Shown here piece by piece: positions 24,391-36,640 of a DNA stretch of 64,000 nucleotides. The stretch is from Vicugna vicugna (lineage: Eukaryota). The stretch covers positions 4,710,093 to 4,774,092 of the forward strand of contig MU058687.1 in NCBI GenBank assembly GCA_013265495.1, in the 5' to 3' direction. A program made the position numbers and the translations under genes. A model generated the notes under the pieces. That model was given only the letters and a program-made list of their open reading frames with translations. It searched no databases and was not told the DNA's origin. Each line of letters opens with the position of its first letter. The stretch's first letter is position 1.

Positions 24391-25999
24391 GGGCGTGACA
24401 GGGAGACCCCAGATCTCAGGAAATAAGCAAATTTCACTCACCAATACTTATGGTTTGTCGGGCCCCTTTGCCAAGCTGTGAAAGATTTAAATTCCTATCT
24501 TTGCTTAGTACTATAGAGTGCTGTGATCAAAGAAGCTATGTCTGTCATACGCACCAGCATAAGGTTCTGAAATCTAAGGGAAAATGTAATTTTTGAGATT
24601 AAAAGTGGATAGAAAAGCGAGGACCGAGTTTCTGCTGCAAAGGTGTTGCCATTAATTAAAGTAAGTGGAGGTTAGTGGAAATAGAATTCCTAGCAAGCTG
24701 ACTATTCAAACCAAACGACCTCTAGCTGAAGGTGTGTCTTTAACTATAGCAGTGGTAGGGCCCAGCAAATCACGTGTCAGGAGATTCTAAAAATAGTCTG
24801 GTCATTTTGGAAGTCATCAAATTCATTTGACTGCCCTTGCCCGTCTCATAATGCTCCAGTGGACACTTGACCTAACTCCAGTTCCTCGTATTTGACAATG
24901 TAATAATTATAATGTGTGTTGCTGTTTTTCAGTTGGTTTCATTATCATATCACTTGCACCATGATTCCTTCCCACTAATCTCTCTTTGATTTATTTTCCT
25001 CATGTTGAAATCCCTGCACCTCCTTAGGCATTGCTGGAAACAACTCCCTGGAGATCTGGAGGTGGTTTTCCCTGTTAGATGGTAGGTGCATAACTCAGTG
25101 ATCAGAAGCTGCACAAGAAAGTCATGTAGTCACAAAGCCCTCCTTGTCCCTCCCGTCTAGGCCATTTGGTTATACTCTTTATTGGACGTGGAATGCCATG
25201 ACTTTCCCCCCCCTCACGGTTGCTGCATCACACAGTTTAGATTTCCTGCTGCCTGGCACCAATGCTGGTGCTGTAAATGTCTATGGTGAGAGCTCCTCAG
25301 TGAGACCCCAAGACTGCTGGACCCAGAGCCCCCTGAAACAAGATCCAAGATCGGGTTATATTCTACTGCTGAAGCTTGCCTGCCGTGCTATAGTCTACTC
25401 CCCCTTCTCCGAGGATAAAGATGCATCTACATAGGAGGTACAGCAGATCCTGGTTTAGTTGGATTCCAAAAATCTACTCGCACCTTTCCTTTTTCCTATA
25501 TCTTGTCAGTAAAGACATGTCAATCAGTTGTAAGAATAAACTCCCTGGCCCTTTTGGAATTTATAGGATTGATTATGCTAGTTCTTGAGGTTTCTGGTCG
25601 TGGACTCACATCATGAGAGTAAAGCCTGTCATGCAATGTGCAAGCTGACCTACGAGCCATGTGGTTCCCAAGCAGATGCACCATATTACCTGATAGCGCC
25701 CAGTCTTGCCATGACCCTTTGTCCCTCTGTCTTTGCAAAATCCACAAATATTTGAGGACGAAAGTGAACATAATAGTGAGACGCCACTCTCAAGAGCTGT
25801 CTTTTCTCTCTCCTGCTGGAAGGCTTCTCCCACTTCTGTCTCAGCCACTGTTTATGCTTTTAGGGGTGCCACTCAAATTTTGAAACCAACATTTGAGATA
25901 CACAGTCTAAGAAAGAGTTTTTGTGCTTCTTCAAGAGTGGTAGGTGAGATAACTTGAGCAGGATTTGACTCACTGGTTTTAAAAGCATTTACAAAGCTC

Positions 26000-26178
26000 A
26001 CGGTTTTATAAATAAAGTTGTTTTTGAAATATAGCTGCGCACACTTATTTACGTATTATCTACGGCCTATTTCATGCTCCCGTGGCAGAGCTGAGTACTT
26101 GCCATGGATACCTGATGGCTTGTAAAGCCTAAGGTACTACTATTTGGGCTTTTAAAGACAAAGTTTGCCGCCTCCCTG
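26000..26178. mobile_element. MER58A hAT-Charlie MITE
   Basis: ttttataaataaagtt...tttacgtattatcta...ggcagagctgagta...aaagcctaa..tactatttgg...aagtttgccg..ccctg. Confidence 0.85.
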
Positions 26179-26955
26179 CCCTTGAGGGTGGAGTGTGCGT
26201 GTTGTACTGACATATGTGTAACATACCAAATGTTTATTTCAGGCAAAAAGGTAGCACATTTGAAATACCATCTGCTAGAAAATACAGATTTTCTGCTTGC
26301 CATGCCGTTGGGGGCATTGGTCCTGCTTGTTTCTTTTCTTGGCCATCCTGTCCTTGGAGGTTAGAGGATTGATGTTTGAGTAAGAGATGCAGAATGGGAC
26401 CATATGTTAGACAGTGTACAGAGGGCAGAGCAGGTCAGCTGCCTGCAGTTGATGACTTAATCGTCATAGCATTATGCCATCTGGGCTCTGACGTTGTGCA
26501 CCTTGAATTTTTCCTTCAGGATTCCTTTCCTTTTTCTTACAGTTTCCTAAAGTTTGACTCGGTTTCAAAAGGGATGCCCCTTTTTTTGGTTTCCTTGCAT
26601 TTCTTTCCTCGGTTTTCTTTTAGATATTAGGTCTTGGTAGCTCCCAATTTGAGATACATTTTATAACTTCAAATTCTGAATCTTTGTATAAAAGTCCAAC
26701 TTTTTTTCCTCCTTTAGTAAAGAAACTACAGCAAATCCACAGCAAAGAAAGCCTTTGAGATTATTTCCTTGATTCACTCATGTGGGCATTGGCACATGTG
26801 TGTGCACATACCTGCGTGTGTCATTTTTTAACATGTCACACATGCACATTCATGTACCATCATCACACTCAAGATACACAACTTTGGGCTTATATTTTGA
26901 CTGGTTGGTCTATTTTTCTAATCTACTTTGAAGTGGCCACCATCTTACCCCCTAA

Positions 26956-27102
26956 GATGTTTCTACTCAGAATGTGGTCCAGGGAACCCCTGGGTGCTTG
27001 TTGGAAATGCAGAACCAGAGGGCTCATCCCAGACATACTGAATCAGAATCTGCATTTAACAGATCTGGTGATTCATGTGCATATTAAAGTTTGAGAGTAC
27101 TG
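26956..27102. mobile_element. MER5A1 MITE
   Basis: ctactcagaatgtggtcc...gaaatgcagaa...tactgaatcagaatctgcattt...gtgattcatgtgcatattaaagtttgaga. Confidence 0.85.
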
Positions 27103-28154
27103 TTCTAAAAAATGTCTTTATTTCTTGGTCCATTGGCTTGATACAATTAATTGGGTAAAGAGGGGCATATCAGAATCACAGTGATGCTTAGGGAAAAAGT
27201 GTGCCTGGTCCTTAAGACCCTAAGATTAAATATGAAGTAAAATTTAAGTGTCTGTATTTTTTTTTAATGAGTCCAGAGGCAATTCTGAGGTGCATAACAT
27301 ATGAAAAGTGTATATATTGCAAGGGTTCTCAGCATCCTTTTTTATTATTTCATTTTAAACCCTCTGGCAACCACCTCTTGCTGCAAAGCCAACAAAGAGA
27401 ACTTTGTTGAGCTTTTCACTATCCTGTCCTTTCTTGTGGCCGTTTGTCTTATATGTGAGTAAAGCAAGGACCTTTTTTAAAGGTTTAATACATATACTCA
27501 TGCCTCCTCACAACTGACTCAAAATATTTATTATAATGTTTCCTAAATATGTACAAACAGAAAGCCAAGTACAACTGTTGTAAGCTCATAGTTCTTATAA
27601 GATTGGAAAATTATTGCAAAATTTACAAATGAAATGTAAAAAACACAACTGAAATTAAGGGCATTAATTTAATGTGGCAGATGACATTTTCCTGAGAGTA
27701 AGTCTCTGCTTGCAGTATGCATACAGCATGATTGCTACTGTGCAGATTCTTTGGAGTTTGGCATGTCTGTATTACTATGTGACTTGCGATGTCTCAGTTT
27801 CCATACAGTTTTTCCCTGTGTGAACAGCTGCAAAACCTTCATCCACATCCCAGAATGCCATTTGGTCTCCTCTTTCCACAAATACATCCAATACATGTCA
27901 ATTCAGGCCACCTCTCTTCCATGTAAATTCATCGATTAAAGTAGTAATTGTTACTGTCAGCGTGACTGCAGGCATAAACACAAAGGATAACATTACATGA
28001 CAGCCCTTGGTTGGCAACTATTTGACTTTACACACTTAGAAGATGATCACTCAAAATATGCTTAATCATTTTTTTTAGAAGAAAACAACAAATTAGAAAA
28101 ATATATTGCAGGTAATTTTGGACACTTAAGCATATTTCCTCAGTATTTTCAGCT

Positions 28155-28460
28155 CAGTATGCAGTGGGAGACAGTAAGAGTAGAACTTACAAACATGGCC
28201 TTGGAGTGAGAAAAAAGTCTAGGACCTACTTTTGGCAGTTCCACTTACTAGATGCATCCCTGGGGCAAGTTTCTTAGCATCTCTGTATCTTGGTTTCCTT
28301 ATGAATATAACGGAGATGATTATTACCTAGTTCATAAGCCAAGTAGGTAGAATATGCAAGGAAAATCCTTAGCCCAGTCTTAGCACATCATAAGCACTCA
28401 ATTATCAGTAGTTATCTTAACTATAATAGTAATAATTATTATTATTGCTATTTTTATTAT
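28155..28460 (+). mobile_element. Near full-length MIR
   Basis: ccacttactag...gggcaagtttctta..ctctgtatct..gtttcctt...gcacatcataagcactcaa...(att)n. Confidence 0.85.
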
Positions 28461-30204
28461 AGATCTGTGCATTCACTAATTAAATCTGCCACATATCCTG
28501 TTCTTTTATGTTATTTGCTTCATTGTATTCTCAAGATATGTTCTCTCTTTTCTCCATTGACCTCTTATTTTAATGACTGGCAGAGGTGAAAATGTCCATC
28601 AAAATGTTGGCGTATTTGGCACGGGACTCAAAGCATCATCTTTTCTGTGTTCCCTTTCTCCTGTTCTTGCTGTAACTGCCTCCTGCATCACTGCTGTTAC
28701 CATAGCTTCTAGATGCTGCCTTAACTTCACATATTCTTTAGTGGAACCAGTCTAGTGAGGGATCCTCTCACAAGTGTGATGTGCTGGACCTGGACATTAC
28801 TAAGATAATGCTGCTTTCATTAGTTGCCCTCTGTACTTTTACTTTTCATTAATGAAGCCTGTAATAAGTTGATTGAAGGTGAAAAAGATAGCTCAAAACA
28901 TAGAGAAGTACACTATTTTGTTTTACCATCAGCATCGTCTTATGTTTATGCAGTAGGGGTTGAAAAATTGAATCCCCACACTTGAAAATTCATACCTCTG
29001 GTTCTCTGCGATGATATGTAGGTTTTTGATTAGATACCTTGTTTTTTTGTTGTTGTTTGTTTCTTTTTGTTTTGTTTTGTTTGCTTATTTCTAGCTTCTG
29101 TCTGAATAGAGACTTTATTAACAGAAGTAGATCTAGGACATCCATTAGAGGCAGAAGAATAAATGAAAAAAGAAAGGAAGAAGGGAGGGAAGGAGGAGGA
29201 ATCTAAACAAAGCAGGTTTATAAGTGTTTTACTATTAAGAAGAGGGAAAAGGCAGCTTATGAGTTAAACCCAGACTAAAAAGAAACCCTAAAAACCTTCA
29301 TTTGCTTTGTATTTGTACATCGTTGACACATGCATGAAGTGTGAAAGAAATGCAATAATACGTTGGGGTGGATGGCCAACGTGCTGACGGATCATAGTCA
29401 TTAGACAGACGAGTGCTGTCCTGAAGTACAGAGGTGCTGGACCTTAGTGTTTCCACTTAATTATAGGTCTGTAATGACCTTTTGCATTCTCTGAGTGTTC
29501 TTTGTAATTTCAGGTTAGAGATGCAACAGCAGAAACTGACCTGACAAGTTAGCCTGTTGTGGGAGGCAGCTGTTAGACAACTGTAAGAGGTGATTTCATT
29601 TTTGTGAAGGGTTAAGTAATTTGGGGGAGCAGGCAGTGGTTAAAACTATGGGCAATAAATAGCTATCCACCCTCATTAAAGGAAGTGTCTCTTTAGATAA
29701 GAGAATAGAGTTGGAGCTGATAGGGACATTTGTCTGGTAAAAAGTCACATCAACCAAGATTTACTTCCAGATGATTTAGGGGGTGAAGTATCTTACCATC
29801 ACCTGCCCTTGAACATAAAGGCCAATGAGAATGAAGGAACGCTAACCAGCTCTCCAGAAAACAGTCAGGGGCATGTGCTTTAAGACAGGTCAATGGCCAT
29901 CACAAAAGTACCACGGTGACAGTAGAAGCCAAATGGCCAAGCGTGCTCAAGATTGAACTGCAAGTCGTTGTAAATGCAGCGTCTAAAGTAACGAGGTAAA
30001 TAGCATGTGACCACGAATCGAGGCAGGGTGTGCTACACGGGGTTCAGCTGCTGAAGACTCACACCTTTCCTATTTCACACTGCCTTCTGGGAAGGTGGGA
30101 TTTTAGGTTCACAGGTATTTACCATGGACAAAAAGAAGCTAAGAATATAACATAATTCAGAAGATTATTACTATTCAGGTGAATACAGCAGAAACTTGGT
30201 TAGA

Positions 30205-30390
30205 TGGTGCAGCATTGTGGAAAATGCTTGACGTTGAAGTTGAATGGGACCAGATTAAAATTCCATTCTACTTTGTCTGTGGGTAAGTTATTTACCTCCC
30301 AGAGCTGTCCTGTTACCTCTAATGTAGATATAAGAACACACAGGGTTAACTTGTGAGGATTAAATGAATATATGTGAAGTATCAGCTGAG
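30205..30390 (+). mobile_element. MIR SINE
   Basis: gggtaagttatttacctc...tgtgaggattaaatga. Confidence 0.7.
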
Positions 30391-30789
30391 TACCACCAGT
30401 CTAAAATCCTTGTTAATATCCTGGAAGAAGGTCTCTACTTGTGTGTCTTGGGTCTTTGTACCTCTCCATTTACAATTCTTTTGAAGATAAATGGTCAAGG
30501 TAAAGAGCTGGTGCAGTAGCTCATTTGGTAAATGGCAGGCTTAAGATTCAAAAGAATCTCAACAGGAAGGGAGAATGATTCTAAAGTGAAATGTATAAAT
30601 TATAATAGAGCTACATAAAACCCTGCCCTTAGATTCATTACCCTAATTCTGAGTGGAAGAGACATCATTCAAATAGATGTCTATGTTAGCAAAATCTTTG
30701 AAAAAGTGCTTTTAAAGTTGTATATGTCCTGTGTGCCTTCTGCTGCCACATTTTGAGGGAACATTGATGAATTAGGCATGTGCATTGCA

Positions 30790-30950
30790 GCACAGTCTGC
30801 TGGTTATCAGATCTCAGCTCTAGTACTGTGAGTGCTTGAACAAGTCAGTTACCTTGCTGATAAATGAAGATGGAGGCCCTCAGTCTGGTTTGAGCTAAGG
30901 ATTAAATTGTATGATGCAACTCAAAGGTTCAGCACAGTGCCTGGCTTGAA
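30790..30950 (+). mobile_element. MIR fragment nested in L3
   Basis: ctcagctcta..ttgaacaagtca...aggattaaat...agcacagtgcctggc. Confidence 0.7.
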
Positions 30951-31279
30951 ACTGGGGAAGAATCGTGAGAATGATGGCAGCCAAAAGATGACGAATTGAA
31001 GAAGCCTGAAGAAATGTTCTTCCCGTGAAAAGGAAGCTTAAGAAGGGATATGACAGCTGTCATCAACGATTTGAATGAGTGTTATTTATAAAAGTGGTTC
31101 TTATTAATCACCCTAATGCTAAAAGGTGGAACCAGTACCAATGGTTAGAAGCTATAGGAAGATCTATCTGGACTCCATAACAGAGATGACTTTCCATTTG
31201 CAGGTGTTCCAGTCATTGGAATAAACTTCTTTAGGAGGTAGCGAGATCTCTATCATTGGAGGAAGTAGTAACAGGATGG

Positions 31280-31530
31280 TAGTAATAGTAGTAGTAGTAG
31301 TAATAGTAATTGAGAATAAAAATAGCTCTTAAGGCATTCCAGTTACTGTTCCAAGGTCTCTACATTCTTATTTTATCCTCCTAACATCCATGTGAAATAG
31401 GTATAATTATTATCATTTCCATTTTACAGACAGAGAAGCTGAAGCACAGAGATTCAGGAAATTTCCAAGAACATACACTTTAGAAACAACAGAGCTGAGA
31501 TTCAAGCCCAGGCTGCCTGGCTCTTGCATC
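31280..31530 (-). mobile_element. MIR nested in L3
   Basis: ccattttacagacagagaagctgaagcacagaga...agagctgagattcaagcccaggctgcctggctc. Confidence 0.88.
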
Positions 31531-33374
31531 CATGAAGGTTAGAAAGGGGATCATGGCACTGAATTCACAATTTGATTGGCTGATCTTTCCAGTCCCTTTC
31601 ATTAGATGTCTGTATTTTATAAGACCAAAAAGCAAGCAAAAAAGACACACAGGCAAATGTTGGTACAAAATGTAGGCACAGATTGTCATGGATTTATCTC
31701 AACACAAGAAAGCTCAAGGTATTCATCAAGAGCCTACTTACTTCCACTTTATACTCAGGAATAAAAGAATGAACATCTCATTGTCTGGTTCTAGGCAAAA
31801 TGGAAGGAATACATTTGAATTAGGGATTGGTAGTAAAACTAAAAGCAGCAGAAAAGAGACTGGTGAAACTCTGTAGAGGAGAAAGGAGGTATCAATTCAT
31901 TCTACAGTATTAACTGAGCTCCTACTCTGGGTCAGGAAAGCTACACAAAAGAAAATAAAAATCCATCAATCACTGCAGTCCCCACACACTTAGGCTCTAG
32001 TAACCTTTAGGCTTTTCTTGCACTTCAATTTGCAGTATTTTTCAAGTCTTTAAGGAAATAATAAATTCTATTCAGTTTTGGAAAGGAGATGTACATGATA
32101 TTTTTAAAAGATTTTCATAGGAGCTGAGTAATCTTACTTCCAGTTTGGGTGCTAAAAGAGTATGCTTCACTTCATCTGAGGCCAGCTCACTCCCCACTAA
32201 AGACAGATTTAGGTCTTACTGCATTAAACTATTACAATGTGCTGCAGTGAGAATAGCTTTGGTCTAGAAATTTGGAATTCTACTACTCATGTTATTTATG
32301 ACAAGTTTTCTACTGTCGACCTCGTTTTTTACATCTATGAAGTGTGGAGGTTTGACTATCTTTGTTTCATTTAGACTTTTAAAGGTTTCATATTTCTTTT
32401 ATTTATTTTTATAATTATGCTTATTTCCACCCTGTAGATGCCAGATGGCAAACAGCCCTGGCAGTGTGCACAGGACCCAAATTGATTCTGGGAAAATGGG
32501 GCACCAGTGATTCCTAAGGTATAAGAAGCTGAAGTGAGCAGAAGCCTCTAGGTTCTAGTTCTATTTCTGTTGGCTATAAAATGCAGGCATAGCTCAATAT
32601 TAGGAGACATCTCCAGGTTCTTATATTAGATTTTAAAATTGCCTAACAAAATCTATCGAAGCTGTGTTGTGCTTATAGAACGTTAATGTTATGAGGATGA
32701 GGCAGGTGCACTGTGACATACCAGGTTTAATTGGCTCCCCTCACCTTTAATTTCTCTCAGTCTTTCAAAGCATTAAAGGGAAAAAAATGTTACCTCTTGG
32801 TCTATTATTTTTAAATATAGTATATCTTCTGTGTGTGTTTAGATGGCATGCATGAATGAGAAGATATTCACTGTATTCAGTAAAGTTTCTAGAACAGCCC
32901 TGCATTAGTAGTAAGTTTCCTGGGTACTACTGCTTTTGTCATCAGACTTCACCGTGTACATCTTGCATCCCTCTCTGCGCTGATCTTGCTGTTACTATTT
33001 CACAGTTACATATATAGTGAGGTCACAGGTTTCCTGGTATTTTAACAAGACCACTCCATCTGCTGCTCTCCAGTTGACTAGTCGATGGCATTTGGATGGT
33101 TACTACCTTGACTTGCTTTTGGTTTCATCTGCCCTCTCGAAGACTCTTCCTTTGGTAGTTAGTGGGCTGAAGATAATGTAAAGGGGATTGAGGGAGATCC
33201 CCTATTCATATCAGTGATTTAGAGACAAATAAGGAGATGACCTGTGGTGGGAATAGATTAAGGAAGTCTCAGAGTAGATTTTAGTTCTAAAGATCATACC
33301 TGAAAAAACCAAAAACTTATCCAGACCTGAGTAAGGAAATCAGAGGGATGACTTCATAGATTGAGTATAAAGTT

Positions 33375-33739
33375 TGTTATGGACTGAATGTTTGTATCCC
33401 CCCAAAAAAACTCTTATGTTGAAACCTAACCTCCAAGGTGATGGTATTAAGTATTGGGGACTTTGAGAGGTGATTGGGTCATGAGGGTGGAGCCCTCATG
33501 GATGGGGTTAGTGGCCTTATTAAAGGGCTCTAGAGAGCTCCTCTCACCGTTTGCCATTCGAGGATACAGCTAGAAGATGGCCATTCATGAACCAGGAAGC
33601 CAGTTCTTACAGGCACCAAGTATTTTAGTGTCTTGATCTTGGACTTTCTAGCCTCCAGATCTGTAAGAAATCAATGTTTGTTGCTTAAACCACCCAGTCT
33701 CTGGGACTTCTGTTATAGCAGCCCAAATGGACTAAGACA
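33375..33739 (+). mobile_element. MaLR solo LTR (MLT1A/MLT1A0-like)
   Basis: TG...CA ends; tgttatggactgaatgtttgt...ggtcatgagggtggagccctcatg...cttgatcttggactt..agcctccaga...gttatagcagcc..ggactaagaca. Confidence 0.92.
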
Positions 33740-34909
33740 GGTTATAATACTTCAGTCACACATTCTTAGTCTTAAAAGACTGTTTCAGCTCTTATTTTTC
33801 AAACAGAATGACATAGAAAAGAGCCTTCACGTGAGTTCCTCCTGTCAGTTAATTCTAACTCTGAATGAATACTCAAGATGTCTTGGCTTTCCTAAAGACT
33901 TGTATTGTAAATTCTTGGTCATGGTCAGGGATAAAATGCCCTTTATCCAATGTGATGTTCTGCTACGTGTAGCAAACATGGCAACTATCCTGGGCTGGAA
34001 CAGGGGAGTTGTTGGTGAAAGACTGTGCAACGAATTTACCGCAGAAATAAGAATAGTCTTTTATTTTCCCTTTTTGACATCTAGTTCTTCTCTGATTATA
34101 TGCCTCTTTTTTGTTTTCCTTTCCAGTCTCCATCCTTATCCTAATCTATTGGGTGTACCTGTAAGCATTATTTTCAGATAGTGATACTTGGACCTAATTA
34201 ACAATCCCTTAATGAGACTGCATCCCCCAAAAGGAAAATTTCAAATGACTAGAAGATTAGTGACGTCAAGGACCAGTCCTAGAGTGATTAAGTTACCACT
34301 TGTGAATGTTAAATGTGGATTGCGTTAGAAACTCCATCCACTTTTTCTATCTTGAATCCTTGGCTAGTGAATAGCAGGGTAGGAGCATCTGTTGTTTTCA
34401 CTGCCTTACAGTCATGACAGTTGAGCATAACTGCTTTCCTGGTAGACTCCATCTCACAATAAATTGCATTCATGGGAGGTGGCAAGTGTGTGGTAAACAT
34501 GGTGTGGACAGATCAATACTGTAGGTAGATAGAACACTTGTTCAGAGGAGACACAAACAGATTGCCTTTCTGCTGGCTCTGAAACATCTTCTTTCAACAT
34601 AGTTATATATGAAGTTGGAATGAAACTAACTGAAGCTTAATCCAAAAAATCTCTTTATTGCTTGGCCTCGAATGGGAAGGCTGTAGGTAGCAATTTGTTT
34701 TGATGATTGCTTTTACTAATACTGAGTCACAATTGGACTCATCTCGAAGTTGATATAAGATCTCCATGCACAGAAGATGAATTTATTAGAATCAAAGTTA
34801 CTGTATAAGAAACTCAGATGAAATTATCTATGTGCTGAAAGAAATAGAATCACATTTAACCCATATACTTTCTTGAAATACACTCCAACACACACAGAGA
34901 CTTGTGTCA

Positions 34910-35000
34910 GTCTACGGCTGTACTACCCTGAACGCTTCCTATCTTGTCTGATCTCGGAAGCTAAGCAGGGTCGGGTCTGTTTAGTACTTGGATGGGAGAC
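34910..35000 (+). pseudogene. 5S rRNA retropseudogene, 3'-truncated (nt 1-91)
   Basis: Colinear with mammalian 5S rRNA nt 1-91 as recalled, 9 substitutions (~90%); retains box A and most of box C; lacks the last ~30 nt, oligo-T terminator and poly(A). Confidence 0.95.
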
Positions 35001-35209
35001 ATCATGTGGGCTTATGAAAGATCACTAATGTACATTAATTTACATTCAAATTAAAACAAATACCCATTAAAACAAATATTAACACCTCAAAGTCACGGCT
35101 GAAGGGCTATGTGTAGGTGAGTACAGCTTTAACTCTCACTCTATGTTGTATATTTTTAAGCTGCAAGGACTAGAGAGAGAAGGAAAGAAAGTAAAAAATT
35201 ATATAAAGA

Positions 35210-35460
35210 CAATAATGATAATGGATAACACTTACTAAGCATCTATTATGTGTGAGGCGCTGTGCTAAGCAAGCTAGCATTCCACATGTATTCAGTCATT
35301 ACCACTCATATTAATGGTCTGAATTATGTTCTATTATTTTATCCCTCAGAGAGATTTATATGACTTGCATAAGGTCCAAAACTATTGAAAGGAAAATTGG
35401 AATCTGAACCCAGATTTGTCTAATTCCTGAGCCAAGACCTTAATTGCTAAGTTGTTACCA
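35210..35460 (-). mobile_element. MIR SINE
   Basis: taacacttactaagcatctattatgtg..aggcgctgtgctaagc...tgacttgc.taaggtc...tgaacccag. Confidence 0.85.
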
Positions 35461-35844
35461 CATTCTCAGAGCCTTTTATTTGAGATAATATTACTAAACT
35501 CATGGTTCGGATTATTCTAGCAGCATCTCTCTCGACAAATGGGTGTATCTAAATACAAGCCTCCCCCATTATTTTTGGGATTACTCAGGTAATAGTTTGG
35601 TTTTTGAAAAGAGAGACGTATAGGTGATTGACAGAAGCAGAGTTTCTGGCTTTAGATTATTTTTCTTTTTCACTTTTTCCCTGATGAGTATAATCATGTG
35701 AATAATTAAGCTTTAAAAGCTGAATGACTGATTGCCAGCAAGTGACTAACTGTTGTTTATTTATAAGGATATAGCTTTCATGGGAAAATACAGGATGGTA
35801 TTTGAAACATCACAAGTCTTGTATGAGACTTTGTAAATAATGGA

Positions 35845-36085
35845 GGCTGCATAATTTAGGGGTTAAACTCACAGACATTTGTCACACTGACTTGGGTTCA
35901 AGTGCAAATTGCTGGACCTTTGAGATTAAACTCCTCTATGATTTATTTCTGTAAAGTAGGACCATTAATTTTACCTACTTCTTAGGGTCGTTGAGAGCAT
36001 TGAAAAAGCTCAATTATACAAAATGCTAGCTCAGTGCCTGGTATATGAAAATTATTCAGTAAAACTAGTTTGTATTTTATTTTAT
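35845..36085 (+). mobile_element. MIR SINE
   Basis: gacttgggttcaa...tctgtaaagt...tacctactt.ttagggtcgttgagag...gctcagtgcctgg. Confidence 0.8.
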
Positions 36086-36264
36086 CAGTGACCCCCCAAA
36101 CCCTTATGTATATATTTTAAAAGCTATTAGGAGAGACAGGCTGGGTTCTTGGAGAATGACCAGTTACTGAGTCAGAGCCTCGTGAAGACTGCTCAGCATG
36201 TGTCTGCGTTGATAATCTCTTCCATGTGCAGTTTTCTGTCCATCTTACATTCATCGTAAGAATC

Positions 36265-36640
36265 CACTATTCCTTCTGAAGAGCTTTAGTGCCTTTACAT
36301 TACCTCCTTTAATTGTCTTAATAATCCTCGGAACTAGACATTATTATACTCATTTTTACAGGTGAGGAAACCAGAGATCAGCAAAGTAAACAAGGCCAAC
36401 CCAGCTAGTAAACAGATGAGCTGCAACACAAATCCAGGTCTTCTGTTCCCTACACTCCAGTTTAATTTTAAAACAGAAATAAGATTTTGAGACCATGTGG
36501 ATTACGCTTCAGTCCATTTTATAGATCAGACTATGGAGGCTCTGAGACAGAAGTGTGATTGTCTAGATTCACACAGCAAGTTAGAGGCGAAGCGGACGCT
36601 AGACCCCAGACCTCTGTTCCAAGTCTCGAGCACTTTCATT
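36265..36640 (-). mobile_element. Two tandem MIR fragments
   Basis: catttttacaggtgaggaaacc (~36355) and ccattttatagat..gaggctctgag..cacacagcaagttag (~36520-36590). Confidence 0.75.

Larger units (their letters stand above)
30490..31615 (+). mobile_element. L3/CR1 LINE 3' region fragmented by two MIR insertions
   Basis: agattcaaaagaatctcaacagg; gccacattttgaggga; gggatatgacagctgtcatcaa; gaaccagtaccaatggttagaagct; ggaggtagcgag..tcattggagg match remembered L3 motifs. Confidence 0.75.

Noticed and set aside
33633..34181. Longest ORF (182 aa)
   Set aside because: Begins inside the MLT1A LTR at a non-ATG start; no recognisable domain or exon structure
34261..34268. Full CRE palindrome TGACGTCA
   Set aside because: A single 8-mer is plausible by chance in 64 kb; no supporting promoter context
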